A stretch of 64,000 bases of DNA, from positions 16,182,001 through 16,246,000 of the forward strand of contig OZ024752.1 of assembly GCA_964016885.1 (NCBI GenBank), written 5' to 3'. A model generated the notes under the pieces. It was not told where the DNA came from. It did no database searches and saw only the letters and a list, made by a program, of their open reading frames with translations. The position numbers and the translations under genes are program-made. The stretch is from Eledone cirrhosa (taxonomy: Eukaryota). How positions within the stretch are numbered: the stretch's first letter is position 1; each line of letters starts with the position of its first letter. Positions 42,100-55,575 of the stretch are shown in pieces.

Positions 42100-45000
42100 G
42101 ACGACACGGGGCCGGTTAGTGAATAAATAATACTTTCTAATTTTTCCTAAATATTTTGTTCAGAACTAGAGAATGGTGTATGATTTACGAATTCTATTTA
42201 TGAATGAACCCTCATCAGAGAATTTAAATAGACATCAATAACATTTATATGGGAAATGTTTTGCTGTAATCAAAATGCTGCTTCTTTAAACAGACATTCC
42301 GTATATCTTATTGTTATGAAATAATTTACTAAGAACATCAATTGAATAAAGAATGAAGAGTATTATATTTAATGGTAACTATACGAAGTTGATTTCTGAT
42401 GAGATAATGTTGAAAGTGCTTTGATTCCTTGTTAATGTCTATAGATTCTCAAAGATGCTATATTCTTTTGTAAATTCATTTATTTTAGAAGATTTAGTCT
42501 TGTATTTCCACGTATTTCAGATTCAGCTTCCTAATCCATAGTTTATATAGAAATGGCAGTAAAGGAAATATAAAATTCGAAGTTTGTCAAGAAACAACAT
42601 CAGTCAACAGTTGATCTTACTTTCTTTCTTGCTTTCTTTCTCTCTTCCTTCCTTCCTTTCATACAGAAGTGGGTTGTTGAACAACTAATATAGATGTATA
42701 GTTACTGACGTTTGATGTTTCCAGTATATGAACCCCGGCTGTCGTTATTCCGTACAAATACATCAATCGATAGAATCCTTAGAATAAAATAAGAGATTGT
42801 ATTGATTGAAACGTCCTGTAAGTGGATATATAAACACAAATGTTGAGTTAATATTTGGAAATGAGAAACTATTTCAGTGCAACTAGAATTCAATATTTTG
42901 AAGTAACCATCAATGCGCTTTTATTTACAAACTGTTTCACCTGTCGGTTTCGGATATGGAAACCTAACTCATAGAATGCTCTACCATCTCCTGATAGATG
43001 GCAGTGGTGTCGCAACTGATATTGAACTTGGATCGATAATTATGAAACGATATATACGATTCATCCTTCATCTATCCAACGTAGTCGATAGATAATGATA
43101 ATGATGGTGATGGTGATGTTGGTGATGTTGGTGATGGTGGTGATGGCGGTGATGTTGGTGATGGTGGTGATGTTGGTGATGGTGGTGATATTGGTGATGG
43201 TGGTGGTGGTGGTGGTGGTGATGGTGTTGATGAGATGGTAGTGATGGTGATGATGGTGGTGATGGTGGTGGTAGTGGTGGTGGTAGCGGTGGCTGTGATG
43301 ATGGTGGTGATGATGGTGTTGATGATGGTGATGATGATGGTGATGATGGTGGCGATGATGGTCCTGATGATGGTCATGATGGTGATGATGATGGTGGTGA
43401 TTGTGATAGTGATGATTGTGGTGGTAGTGGCGGTGGTGGTGGTATGATGGTGCTGATGGTGAGGATGATGATGATGGTGGTGATTGTGATGGTGATGATG
43501 GTGGTGGTAGCGGTGGTGGTGGTAGTGATACGATGGTGATTATGGTGATGCATTGGACAGTTTCGACGAGGAGTGTTGCAATTGTTCGGTCAATGAATCA
43601 GTCTGTTTGTTGTTTAATCAAAGTAACGAGTAAGTGGCCGAGCATTCGTTTACGAACGTGTACACTTAACCTAATAAATTCTCAGGGAGATTCAATGTGA
43701 CACTGTCTGAGACAAAGAATGACATGTGAATTATCCAGTTTTTGCTCCACTCAAATTGCCTCACACAGCAAGTGTTGACCCGAAAGTATGATAAATGACA
43801 CAGTAAGATCGAACACGGGGCCTAATTATTGTGACACGAACTTCTTAACTATTCGGTCACATGTCAACCACGATGTTACATTGGCTAAAGAACATTATAA
43901 CAAATGACTGAATCTTCTTCTTGGCTCCAGAAAGAAAGGAGTGACGTTAAAAAAGCAAGATTATCTCTATAAAAGGCGATGGGGACTTTTATATTTAGCA
44001 ATGTCAAATTATTGGTGATTATTAAAGTTCCCACCTATACAGATCTTTCCAGCCTCTCATGAAGATACATCTCATAGAGTGTTTCGTGGGTGTGTTCTTG
44101 ATAGGGCTCCATTTCTTTCAAACAATATGAGAAGATAATGTAGTAGAAATATAGGGTGTTTTTAGAATATGAATGCATATTAATCATTATTTAGTATCAA
44201 TATCAGAAGCCAACAGTAACATACGTTGCTTCACACATTATCATTCGTCTCGATATCGCAAAGTTTTCTGCAACCCTGAGGTACTACGAGTTATGTTAGA
44301 ATGATAAATTACTGATGTTGTTAGAGTTACTTTGTTGCATCCACTGTCTCTCTATCTAAAACGAGAATTCCATTGTCTTAATTCAGTCAGTTGATCGTCT
44401 AGGTTGAACTGCAATTCCTTTCACTGTCATCTGATGGCATCGTTTTTATTTTATTATTCAAATTACATTTATTCATAATCGTCTCGAGCTCTTCAACGGA
44501 TATCAATCAATTTTTGCCACCATCTTTAAATTGTATTCCAAGCTGTATTTCTTCCAGCATAAACAACATCTTTCAGAAGGATATTTCCCCAACTTGATTT
44601 GATATCGGACAGTTTTATCAACCTCAAATAATTAATCGCAGTACAAAGAGATATGCCTCTGAATATTTCTGCAAGTGATAATTTGCAATCACGGGAAACT
44701 GATTAGAAATTCCAATTTGAGGATCAAATGTTCATAAAGAATGGTTGTTTCATTTACTGTGTGGCCCTTTCAGAAGAGTTATTTGAAGAAGGACTATAGT
44801 TGAGAGTTTCTATTTATTTATTTTCCTATTTGTTTCAACCAGTTGTTCTATGCCATTTATTAAAATCTAGAGTTTCCGGAATACCAAATCGTGCAGATAC
44901 AGACAATAAGTAATATTTTGTTGTTTCTATAGTTCTATCTTTACAAATAATTACTTCTACCCAAGATATGGCAATTACAATAATTATTAGAATACTTAAT

Positions 45001-45500
45001 TGATTTATTATAAAAGTTCAGTTTGATTATTTGTAGGCTGTTTTAAACCATTAATATTATTGATTAGTTGTTGGGAAGACACACCATCGACACTAAGATA
45101 CTAAGACACAAATGTAGACGCTCTGTTTGTGAAATATGAAAACATATATTTTACATTTTAAAGCAAGGTTTTCATGGGTCATATGTTCCAAGTCGAAGCT
45201 TAATGCTGCAACATATAGCAATACATCTTAGAAAACCAATATTCCAATGACGTCCTTTAAAATTGCTTCCATACAAAGTCGCAAAATTGCACTAGAACTT
45301 TCTAGAAAAGACTAAGACTAGTGATAACTCTACATGTATATTTCTCTTATTTATCAAATTCTATGCTAAATAAACAAACAATAGGTCAATCTTTGAAAAG
45401 CACTTAACGCCTTCATTCGCGTAGAATTATTTTCTACAGTCAGTGTTAAATATTTCGATGTCTCTATACGACTATGTAGGTGTACTTTATAACCTGCGTT
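42100..45500 (-). pseudogene. Possible highly decayed protocadherin-like pseudogene
   Basis: Stop-riddled minus-strand frames carry cadherin-like motifs in the expected order: CFSKIDL (EC1-like), GEI..YNLKMVAKID, TLDR*..YRFII, NDSRGSY, then a hydrophobic LNIILFILYSI segment. Confidence 0.3.
43095..43550. repeat. (GGT/GAT)n trinucleotide tract
   Basis: Direct reading. Confidence 0.95.
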
Positions 45501-46005
45501 CATATGCAAGCTTCCAACTTAATATTTTCGTGTGGCAATTATTCCCATTGGCTGTACTCTTCATTAAGAAAGTTTACAACTGAATAGACACTCGCTTAAC
45601 ATGAGCCATTTTATTTTCAGTTAAACGTGTCGAAGTAATTTATTGTTTAAAATGACTAAATCAAATTTCCTATAAATTAAAAGATCGAAATCATACCAAT
45701 ATCAAGTAGATCACATTTAATTAATCAAGCGATATATAGACCTTTAGCAGCTACAAACTGGTGGAATTGGGGCTTATCATTATGACTAGGAGGAGTTCAA
45801 ATCCCACCGAGGTTAGCTTTGCCTTTCATCGTTACGGGGTCGATAAATTAAAGCACCAGTAATGCACTGGGGTAGATTTACTCGATAGTCCCTTCTTCCA
45901 AACTTGTTGGTGCCTAAATCAGAAACCATTTTTATGACTAGTCGGAGTATACAGACGACATGGTTCCTTAACACGACAGAAGGTGATCTCCAGCCTGCTC
46001 TTGAT

Positions 46006-46284
46006 AGGTTTGATGCCGAGTGTTGGTGTGTTTAGGTTTGATATGGTTAGGTTTGATGCCGAGTGTTGGTGTGTTAAGGTTTGATGTAGTTAGGTTTGAT
46101 GCCGAGTGTTGGTGTGTTTAGGTTTGATGTGGTTAGGTTTGATGTCGAGTGTTGGTGTGTTAAGGTTTGATGTAGTTAGGTTTGATGCCGAGTGTTGGTG
46201 TGTTAAGGTTTGATGTGGTTAGGTTTGATGTCGAGTGTTGGTGTGGTTAGGTTTGATGTCGAGTGTTGGTGTTGATAGGTTTGA
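46006..46284. repeat. Composite minisatellite of 28-bp and 15-bp units sharing AGGTTTGAT
   Basis: aggtttgatgccgagtgttggtgtgttt alternating with aggtttgatgtggtt. Confidence 0.9.
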
Positions 46285-46687
46285 TCCCACGAGTCACGTA
46301 TTTCCATGGGGTTACGTTAAGTGTTCAGATGTCAGGAGACAGGGGACATGTTCAATCACTTATACCTTAATTTCCTGAACAGTCTTACCGTTGTTCGAAC
46401 CACTGGAATAATCTTTAGAACTGACGGAGTTACAACACATTAGCTGAATGTGCTTCGCTTTATTTCAGTGAAGGATATATCACTAAGTTAAGTAAATATA
46501 TATTGATATATTTAGGAGCAAATATAAACATTTCTTTTAAAAAGTTGACACGTTCGATCGGAATAGTCACCCATGTTACATTAATGGTAAATATTTTATA
46601 AAAACCAGGGGAATGAAAGTCTGGAATCAATGCACTCAAATTTAGGATTTAGAGAGAAGGGAAGTAAGAAAGTAAAAAATATACATA

Positions 46688-46787
46688 CAGAGTATCCTAA
46701 AAAATGTATGCACACTTTTATTGCTTGTGCAAGCAATATTTATTAAAATGCTATTGAAGTATGTATACATTTTGGGGGGACACCCTA
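46688..46787. mobile_element. Tc1/mariner-type MITE (~100 bp)
   Basis: TA|CAGAGTATCCTAAAAAATGTATGCA ... TGTATACATTTTGGGGGGACACCCTA|TA; imperfect TIRs with TA TSD. Confidence 0.6.
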
Positions 46788-47278
46788 TATTTTTTTCTGA
46801 TGCTCGAATATTTAAGCTAGCTAATTATCTATCTTGCTTAGCTTTCAAAAATATTGGAGATGTTTCCGACGTTTCATCGACATTTTTCATTTTTATAGTT
46901 ATTTTGTTTTGTTTTTTTTCATGTCAACTTTTTCTAAAAATTAGATGAGATATTGGCTTCTTCTTCCAAACCTCTCTCTCTATAGGACATATAGGTTTAT
47001 TGCAATATATTTTATAACAGAACATCCACCTGATCTGACAATGTAGTAATTTGATACTCCCACAGAGGCACGGCAGGCTGGTTTTTAATATATGAATATT
47101 TATATAATAATATATATGGATGTGTATGTAGGTATATATATGTGTATGTGTGTACATATATGTATATATACATGTGTGTGGGGGGATGCCTGTGTGTGTC
47201 GGAGTGCTTTTCCATTCTAATATCCAAACGATTTAAGCTAGGCTATGGGGTTTACATAAACTAAATAATAAGTAAATC

Positions 47279-47321
<43 letters not shown>

Positions 47322-47414
47322 CGCACATACGTACGTACATGTCTATGTAAATCTATAGATAGATAGATATCTTTCTTTATTAGCCACAGGGGCACAAAAG
47401 AAGGGGACAAATCT

Positions 47415-47456
<42 letters not shown>

Positions 47457-47617
47457 GTGAAATGTCTGTGACACATTAGTGTGTCTTTCTTGACATTACT
47501 ACTTCAGTATATTTTATGAAGTCTCTAATGATACAGATTTGAGTGTAATTAATGAGACACCAATGTATTGCAGACAATGTTCAGACAATAAAATATAAAC
47601 ACAGCTTTATCTAATAA

Positions 47618-48535
47618 TAATTGTTTCTACTTTTGGCACAAGGCCAGCAATTATCCCAGTACATTACTGGTACTTTATTTTATCAACCCCGTAAGGATGA
47701 AAGGCAAAGTTAACCTCGGCGGGATTTGAACTCTGATCATAAAGGGCCGTAACTCTTTGCTGCAAAGCAAGGTGTCAAACCCTCTACCGATACTGCCAAT
47801 CCACCGACTTATTTAATAATAATGAAGATGGGGCGAGATTTTTCACTATTTCACACTCTTTTCGAGGGAGATCCGTTGACACTTTCTCGCTTCGAAATTG
47901 GAATTAACTATAATGTATCCGCTTACAACCGTAAGGTTGTGAGTTCGATTCCCGGCGACGCGTTATGTCCTTGAACAAGACACTTTATTTCACTCAGCTG
48001 GCAAAAATAAGTTGTGCCTGTAGTTCAAATCGCCAACCTTGTGACATTATGTGTCACACTGAATCTCCCTGAGAACCACATTAAGGATACGCGTGTCTGT
48101 GGAATGTTCAGCCATTTGAACGTTAATTTCACGAGCAGATTGTTCCGTTGATCGGATCAACTGGAACACTCATCGTCGTAACCGACGGAGTGCCTCGGTT
48201 ATGTAATGAGACAACATTGATGATAAATCGATACAACTTGGCTTCAGACCCACTATAAGGAAAAACAGACATGTACCACTAATGATGTGAAGGCGCATGG
48301 CTTAGTGGTTAGCGCGTTGGTCTTGCAATCATGAGGTTATGAATTTGATTCTTGGACCAGGTGATGTGTTGTGTCCTTGAGCAAGACACTTTATTTCACG
48401 TTGCTCCAGTTTACTCAGCTGTAGAAATGAGTTGCAACGACGTCACTGCTTCCGAGTTATATCATCCTTTGTCTTTCCCTTGGATGTCATTGATGGCGTA
48501 GAGAGAGGAGACTGGTATGGATGGGTGACTGCAGG
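47618..48535. mobile_element. SINE cluster: Meta-like (47618-47806, minus), CORE-like (47920-48197 and 48290-48535, plus)
   Basis: Family motifs as above; gtgtccttgagcaagacactttatttcac CORE motif. Confidence 0.85.
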
Positions 48536-48609
48536 TTATTTGTGACCTGTTGGTGGTGGTGGGAGTGGGATTTGCCCTTTTTTCCACTAATGATAGTATC
48601 CACTCTTAT

Positions 48610-48950
48610 GTATGTTGATAACATTTCTCTTACTGTCAGAACTACTTCGAATGGTTGAGAAGGAAGTTAATAAAATCACTTCATCAATACTACAAAAAAG
48701 AGGGCTTATCTATTTAAATTACACAGACCCAAAATCTAGACAGAAACTAAAAATCGTTGAAAATTTCAAATATTTTGGAATATGGATGGCCAGTTCAGAA
48801 AACTATGTCAACGAAAGAAATGCTATCGTGTGACAAATTTTCGAAGATGTGAAAGTCGTCCCTGAGGCCAAACATTAAGTTCAAATTATGGTAGAATTTG
48901 TCTTGTAATATGTTTACGATACATAGACACTCACTGACGGATACATAGGT
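48610..48950 (+). mobile_element. Decayed RTE-like reverse transcriptase fragment
   Basis: LKIVENFKYFGIWM resembles the RT VxxFKYLG motif. Confidence 0.55.
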
Positions 48951-49739
48951 ACCGAGAAAGGAAGGAAAGAAAGAAAGAAAGAAAACAATGGTATAATAAT
49001 GCTTTCTGATTCAGGCAAATCAACAATTTGGGGGAGGGGAAACTTGATTAAATCGACCATAATGCGTTACTGGTACTTTATTTTATCGACCCCGTAAAGA
49101 TGAAGGCAAAGTTAAACTCGGCGGAATTTGAACTCAGAACGTAAAGGGACATAACTATACCACGAAGCATGTTTTCCAGAGAGAAATATAAATATAAGGG
49201 ATGGAGTAAGATAAAGTGAAGGATAAAATGAAATGGCAAGTGTAGATGAAAATATTTGTTACATTGGGATATGTTTGAAGATAAAGGAAAGAAATATTTA
49301 AGAAGAAATGAAAATAAAATGAGAAGAAGTGGAGAAGGAGGAACAGACGGGGTCGTGGTGAGACATTTAAGGAAATTCAATGTTCAAACTTGATGGCGGC
49401 TCCAGAGAAATCAATATTTTCTAAGACGACAATAATGGATTAGTGATAGGGTGACTGATCAAAAGATATGCTATTTGGGGTAATACTTTAAAAGATAAAT
49501 CGAATGATTGTTCAAATACAGCTTTATAATGACCGCCAGATTAAGGATGTGATCCAAGTTGTTTACTAAAACTCAATAAAGGAAATTAAATATAAGTAAA
49601 AGAGGAATATAGACAAACCAATAAAAAGATTAATAGAACCAGTGAAGGAATTTCAAAGTTTCAAGGAAAGAATTTAAAATAACCAATGAAGAAATAATTG
49701 AAACGAACTAATAAAAGAATTTGAGACAACCAATGACGG

Positions 49740-49786
<47 letters not shown>

Positions 49787-50039
49787 ATTTGTGTCTGTCT
49801 GTGTATCTGTGTATCTGTGTATAACCAGTTGGCGCCTACACCAGTGATCCGATCATGAAACAGTTGAAGAACGTCTACACATACATCTAACCTAAGAACT
49901 GTGACACAAACACACACATATATGTGTGTGTGTGTGTGTTTGTGCGTGTGTGTGTGTGTGTGTGTGAGCGCGTGTGTGCGTGCGGGTGTGTAGACATTAT
50001 TCAACTTTTCCTCTCTCTAAAGTTAACGATATATATATA

Positions 50040-50436
50040 ACAAACAAACCCTGGGAAAATCCATGTATTTGTTTTGCAAGAGTTTTGATATGAAATCGTG
50101 TGTTGAAACACATTGTTATATTTGGGGAGGCTCATGTTGTCCAAAATAGTAATAAAATGCACCCACTGTTTGGTTTGGTTTTCACTTCAGTTCAGTATAT
50201 TTATATATTTTTATAAATAATTTAGCTGGCACCCAAAAACAAAAAGAGTTATAGAAACACAATGGGAGGAAATCACTGAAGATGTCACAGAAAAAATAGG
50301 TGACGAAGGAACTTTGAGAAATTATATCTATATTTATAGGTTTAACGGTTGGGCAATCAATGATAATCATTGATTGCCAGCTAAATTATTATTTTGGCAA
50401 CATTAGGACAACATGACCCTACCCAAATATAACAAT
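50040..50436 (+). mobile_element. Non-autonomous Penelope-terminus element with inverted arms and a degenerate hammerhead
   Basis: 50112-50150 and 50215-50231 are inverted at 50374-50436. HHR tca-CTGAAGA-t-GTCAC..GTGAC-GAAG at 50273-50317 is homologous to 62992-63036. 50070-50220 is homologous to 60172-60226 and to reverse-complemented 63110-63200. Confidence 0.75.
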
Positions 50437-50689
50437 ACCTGGAAAAACCATATTGTTGGATAAATCTGGCATTATTCTTGTAGAGGGTCGGACGCCATGC
50501 TTTGACGCATATAGTTACGGCCCTTGCCATTCTGAGTTGAAATCCCGCCGAGGTTAACTTTGCCTTTCATCCTTACGGGGTTGATAAAATAAAGTACCAG
50601 TAATACACTGGGTAATTGCTGGCCTTGTGTCAAAAGTAGAAACAATTATTCTTTTCCAATGTTATTTGACTTAGAGCTGACCCTAGACA

Positions 50690-51308
50690 ATCGATGGGTA
50701 GTCCCACAAAACAAAATGTTGTGTCAACTTCTAAGAGCTCATATCAATGTTGGATATTGCAGTTCTGTTCAAAGCAATACTATATATCACAAAATATATC
50801 AACAAGAGCAGTGACATGGCTACCTTTGTTTTGACAAGGCACTCAATGATGGTGGGCTGGTTGAGGTCAAACAGTATCAGACAGGTCAATACATCTCCAG
50901 CAATGAATCTATCTGGCGGATCTTTGGATTTGATATACACCAACACCATCCAACAGTGGTCAACCTCGCAGTCTATCTAGACAATGGATAGAAAGTGTAT
51001 TTCACTGAGACCACTGCTCATCAGTTGACACAAGCAGCACCGGCTAGAAATTGCAAGCATGTCAGGACAATTTGCTGGTGACAATTGTTTCATTACCAGA
51101 ATACCTCTGAAGACAACTGATTTGCTATTTCAATTTCAAAGACGCAGTTTTGCCATGACCATCAATAAATCTCAAGGGCAATCATCGAAAGTCGTTGGGT
51201 TGAACCTGGCAGATCCTGTCTTTTCACATGGTCAACTCTATGTTGGTACAAGGGTTGGAAACCCTGATTGTCTCATCATTGTGGCACCACAGGGCAAAAC
51301 CATGAATG
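50690..51308 (+). pseudogene. Internally deleted Helitron RepHel fragment (Rep C-terminus fused to PIF1-like helicase C-terminus)
   Basis: DNRWVVPQN..AHINV..YITKYINKSSD and YISSNESIWRIFGFDIH (Rep region), then RIPL..FAMTINKSQGQS..PVFSHGQLYV..RV (SF1 helicase motifs V-VI). Confidence 0.85.
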
Positions 51309-52109
51309 TTGCCAATATGGGTTTGTGTTTATTGATTTATTATTTTAAATCGAGACAGGCAAACTGTATTAATTTAATTAGTATTTTTTAATCTAGCTAA
51401 CTTGGTCATTTACAATACAAAAACGTATATGTTTATATTAGTGTTTATCATACATTAATTTATATTAACTTGTATTTCACGGCTCAGAAATGCTTCTTTC
51501 TTTGAGCTAATTAATTGTAAAGGACTGATTGAGTTTATAACTCTAAATATAATATAGTATTACGGCTCCTTTTGTTGAGCTAAATTTTAATCCCATATAA
51601 ACGGCTGTTATTTCTAGCAGCGTGAGTATGGGGTAGCTAGGAGCTGGAAAACCATGTGCGTTATCACTTGATAACCAGTCCTCCTAAGTATTTCGAGGTG
51701 AAACATGCTAATTTTCTGGATACCTGCCGATGACCACAGAAATTGGAATCTTTCACTTTTTTAAATTATCGTTGCGAAACTTATTTGGGTTTTGAAGTTT
51801 AAATTTGTCTACGGAACAGGTTTGGATTTTGAAATTTAAATTTGTCCGGGTATCACGGTTATTGCCAATATGGGTTTGTTTTTATTGATTTATTATTTTA
51901 AATCGAGACAGGCAAACTGTATTAATTTAATTAGTATTTTTCAATTTAGCTAACTTGGTCATTTACAATACAAACACGTATATGTTTATATTAGTGTTTA
52001 TCATATATTAATTTATATTAACTTGTATTTCACGGCTCAGAAATGCTTCTTTCTTTGAGCTAATTAATTGTAAAGGACTGATTGAGTTTATAACTCTAAA
52101 TATAATATA

Positions 52110-52113
<4 letters not shown>
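51309..52113. repeat. ~252-bp direct repeats (51309-51560, 51862-52113) around a 300-bp spacer
   Basis: Near-identical copies, ending in (TA)n; HHR-like CCGATGA..GAAAC at 51727-51780 in the spacer. Confidence 0.88.
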
Positions 52114-52179
<66 letters not shown>

Positions 52180-53003
52180 CATAGATTGAGTTAGAAACTC
52201 AAAATAGTCTTTTACAATTAAATAGCTAACTTGTTCATTTGCAATTCGAACACATATATACTTGTATCGGTGTTCATCCCTCTCATATATTCAATTATAT
52301 ATATATGTGCGTGTGTGTATGTGTGTGTGTATACATGTATGTATGAATGTAGGCGTGTGTGTGCGCGCGCGCTGTCGTTATATTTGTTAGATATTATCAA
52401 CCACTTGACAAAATAAAAATTGAGTAATTTTATAGTTTTTATCATCAAATTAAAACATATGCCTAAAGCTGTATTTTGGAATTGATTTTATATTTTCTGT
52501 TTTTTAAAACTTCCCATTTTACCTTTTCCCGTCTCCAGGCTATTTTGAACGTAAATGAACTAGTAGAGCTTTAGCCAATATTCGAAAACAGCTTAAGGTC
52601 ATGAACTTATGCTGCTACATATAACATTTGTATTTGAAATTTAACGAAACAGCTATTGTTCTGTTGAACATTACTTTAACACTTATGAAACTCTTAATGG
52701 AATTTTCCACTTTTTTATTCCTCAACGTAGAAATTTAAAATTTTAAATAATATTCTAAAAATTAACGAAAAAGATTCAATATTTTTCTTATTTTTCTTTT
52801 TAATTAGGTGCAGCACTTTGTACGCGTGACTTTACTGCTGATGTCTGCCTTTGATATACTATTCTTAATTCATTATTAATTCCGTTTAATTATGATTAAA
52901 GCACTGCCACTATTTTTTATGCTTTCTATATTGAATTGTTTTCTTGGTATTTTCATTGCAATGTTCTGTAACCAGATATATTTCATTATTTTAATTGTTT
53001 ACG

Positions 53004-53190
53004 GGCGGTGAATTGGCAGTATCGGTAGAGGGTTGGACGCCATGATTTCTAGCATAGTTACGTCCCTTTACAGTCTGAGTTCAAATCCCGCCGACGTTAA
53101 CTTTGCCTTTCATCCTTACGGGGTCGATAAAATAAAGTACCAGTATTGTACTGGTTAATTGCTGGCCTTGTGCCTAAAGTAGAAACAATT
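53004..53190 (+). mobile_element. Full-length Meta-like SINE with long TSD
   Basis: attattttaattgtttacg duplicated at 52985-53003 and 53188-53206. Confidence 0.93.
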
Positions 53191-54145
53191 ATTTTAATTG
53201 TTTACGATTCCGATTTCTGTGGTTGTTCTGCTATTGTAGAAAGAACACAGTAAGGCCGATTGATTAAACAGTTTGCTTCGCAATCGTTGGGTCCGGGGTT
53301 TGTTCTCACTGCGTGGCACCTTCAGAAAATATTATTTATCGTAGCTTTGGATGGACCCAAGCCTTGTGGGTGAAACTCAGGAGATGGAAATAGTTTGGAG
53401 GCCGTCTGAAGTATTGCACATGGACATCGAATGGTCAAATTTGTCACACATTTTGTCACGCTGAATCTCCCTGAGAATTAGGATAAAAGTACACATGTCT
53501 GTGGAATTTTGAGTTGCTTACATGTTATTTTCATCAACATGTTGCTCTGCTGATCGCACAGCTGAAACACAGCTTTGATCGACGGGGTTGATTGATCCCT
53601 CACCATTCAAACACACCTAGGTATATACAGATACATACATACCGGTATCTGGGAGATGTGGGGTTCGATTCCTCATAGTGGGCCATGGCAACTTCTTTTC
53701 CCGGCTTTTAACCATTTAGCCTTTACATTACTCAATGCATGGGAAGATACAGAGTGGGTACAGAGAAATGTAACATCCCGACCGCGCCGCCAAACTAAAC
53801 CCGCTTGGCGCCGCGGCTGGATTTTAGATATATATATATATACATGCTTTAATTCCTCATCAACACTCCCACACTCATTAACACCCCACCCCCACGACAC
53901 ACCCAAATCTCTCACATATAGAGTCACATATCACAACACAACCTGATCTCAGTTTGACAATCGCCACCGATGAATGCGAGAAAGTTCTCGAAGGAAAGTT
54001 AACCAGGAATCTTTAAAAATCTCCCCATCGAAGTTAACAAAGAACTTACTAGATCTACAAAACCAAATTGTAAAATCACAATATTATAAAATTAAATCAA
54101 ATTGTTTAAAACTACAAGTGAAGTCATTATTTTCCTTTTTTTTAA

Positions 54146-54233
<88 letters not shown>

Positions 54234-54239
54234 GAGTGT

Positions 54240-54313
<74 letters not shown>

Positions 54314-54360
54314 CCAATAAATGATATTCCCACTCTTCTGGAATGTGATGTTTTAAATAA

Positions 54361-54572
54361 TAATTGTTTCTACTTTTGGCACAAGGCCAGCAATTAACCA
54401 GTATATTACTGGTACTTTATTTTATCGAGCCCGTAAGGATGAAAGGTAAAGTTAACCTTACGGGGACGATAAAATAAAGTACCAGTAATACATAAAGTTT
54501 ACCTCGGCGGGATTTGAACTCAGAACATAAAGGGCCATAACTCTATGGTACAAAGCATGTCTGACGCTCTAC
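54361..54572 (-). mobile_element. Meta-like SINE with internal fold-back inversion
   Basis: 54403-54438 is reverse-complemented at 54456-54491. Confidence 0.85.
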
Positions 54573-54588
54573 ACTCGCCCTTTTGTTA

Positions 54589-55408
54589 AACACTGACACA
54601 GGAACGATGTACTAGTTTCAAGCTTATTAGCTATCGTCAGCATCGTATACCTTTCTGTCAGATGATTGAACGTCTGAAAGTTTATACTTTCCTTATGCAT
54701 ATTAACGGCTGAGCAGCCTAATTTGGATATCGAGTGAGTTAGTTGGCCGGGTATACCGAAACGATAAATGGAAAAGAATGAAACGAAATTTCATTTCTCA
54801 CTCTTAGTACGGCTGATACCTAAATATAAGTATGTATACGTACATACATATATGTGTACAGACGCACAGTAGTATGTATATATATATACATACATGCACA
54901 CATATATATATGTACGTGTGGGTTTACCGAACATTTATTATAATGTTCGGTTTGTTTGTAAACAAACAGCCCGAATTACGCCGTACAGTGCTCGGCAACC
55001 ATCGTCACCCTTATTTTCAACACTGACACAGAAACGATGTACTAGTTTCAGGCTTATTAGCTATCGTCAGTACTACGGTATCAGCCGTACTAAGAGTTAG
55101 AAATGAAATTTCGTTTCATTCTTTTCCATTTATCGTTTTCGGTATACCCGGCCGACTAACTTACTCGATATGCAAATTAGGCTGCTCAGCCGTTAATATG
55201 CATAAGGAAAGTATATACTTTCAGACGTTCAATCACCTGACAGAAAGGTATATGATGCTGATATAATAAATGTTCGGTAAACCCATCCGTACATATATAT
55301 ATGTACTACTGTACGTCTGTACACATATATGTATATACGTCTACATACTTATATTTAGGTGTCAGCCGTACTAAGAGTGAGAAATAATATTTCGTTTCAT
55401 TCTTTTCC

Positions 55409-55412
<4 letters not shown>
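54589..55412. repeat. Mosaic of direct and inverted duplications around two hammerheads
   Basis: 54589-54640 repeated at 55019-55070; 54638-54820 inverted at 55078-55260; 54765-54942 inverted at 55262-55412. Confidence 0.85.
54605..54645 (-). ncRNA. Minimal type I hammerhead ribozyme (Penelope-type)
   Basis: Minus strand: cgatg-CTGACGA-t-AGCT aata AGCT-t-GAAA-CTAG-TA-catcg. Perfect stem I, palindromic loop III; second copy at 55035-55073. Confidence 0.8.
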
Positions 55413-55485
<73 letters not shown>

Positions 55486-55575
55486 AAGGTTAAACAAGGT
55501 TCAATGAATAAATCAAAGAATGAGTTTTACAATAGATTGGAAGCATTCAACAAGCATGGTTTTCCGGAGTTATTA

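Noticed and set aside
43072-43447. Pro/Thr-rich and Met/Val-rich ORFs
   Set aside because: Trinucleotide repeat artefacts
46006-46284. Telomeric repeat (TTAGG-like)
   Set aside because: Only isolated GTTAGG within longer units; not a tandem telomere tract
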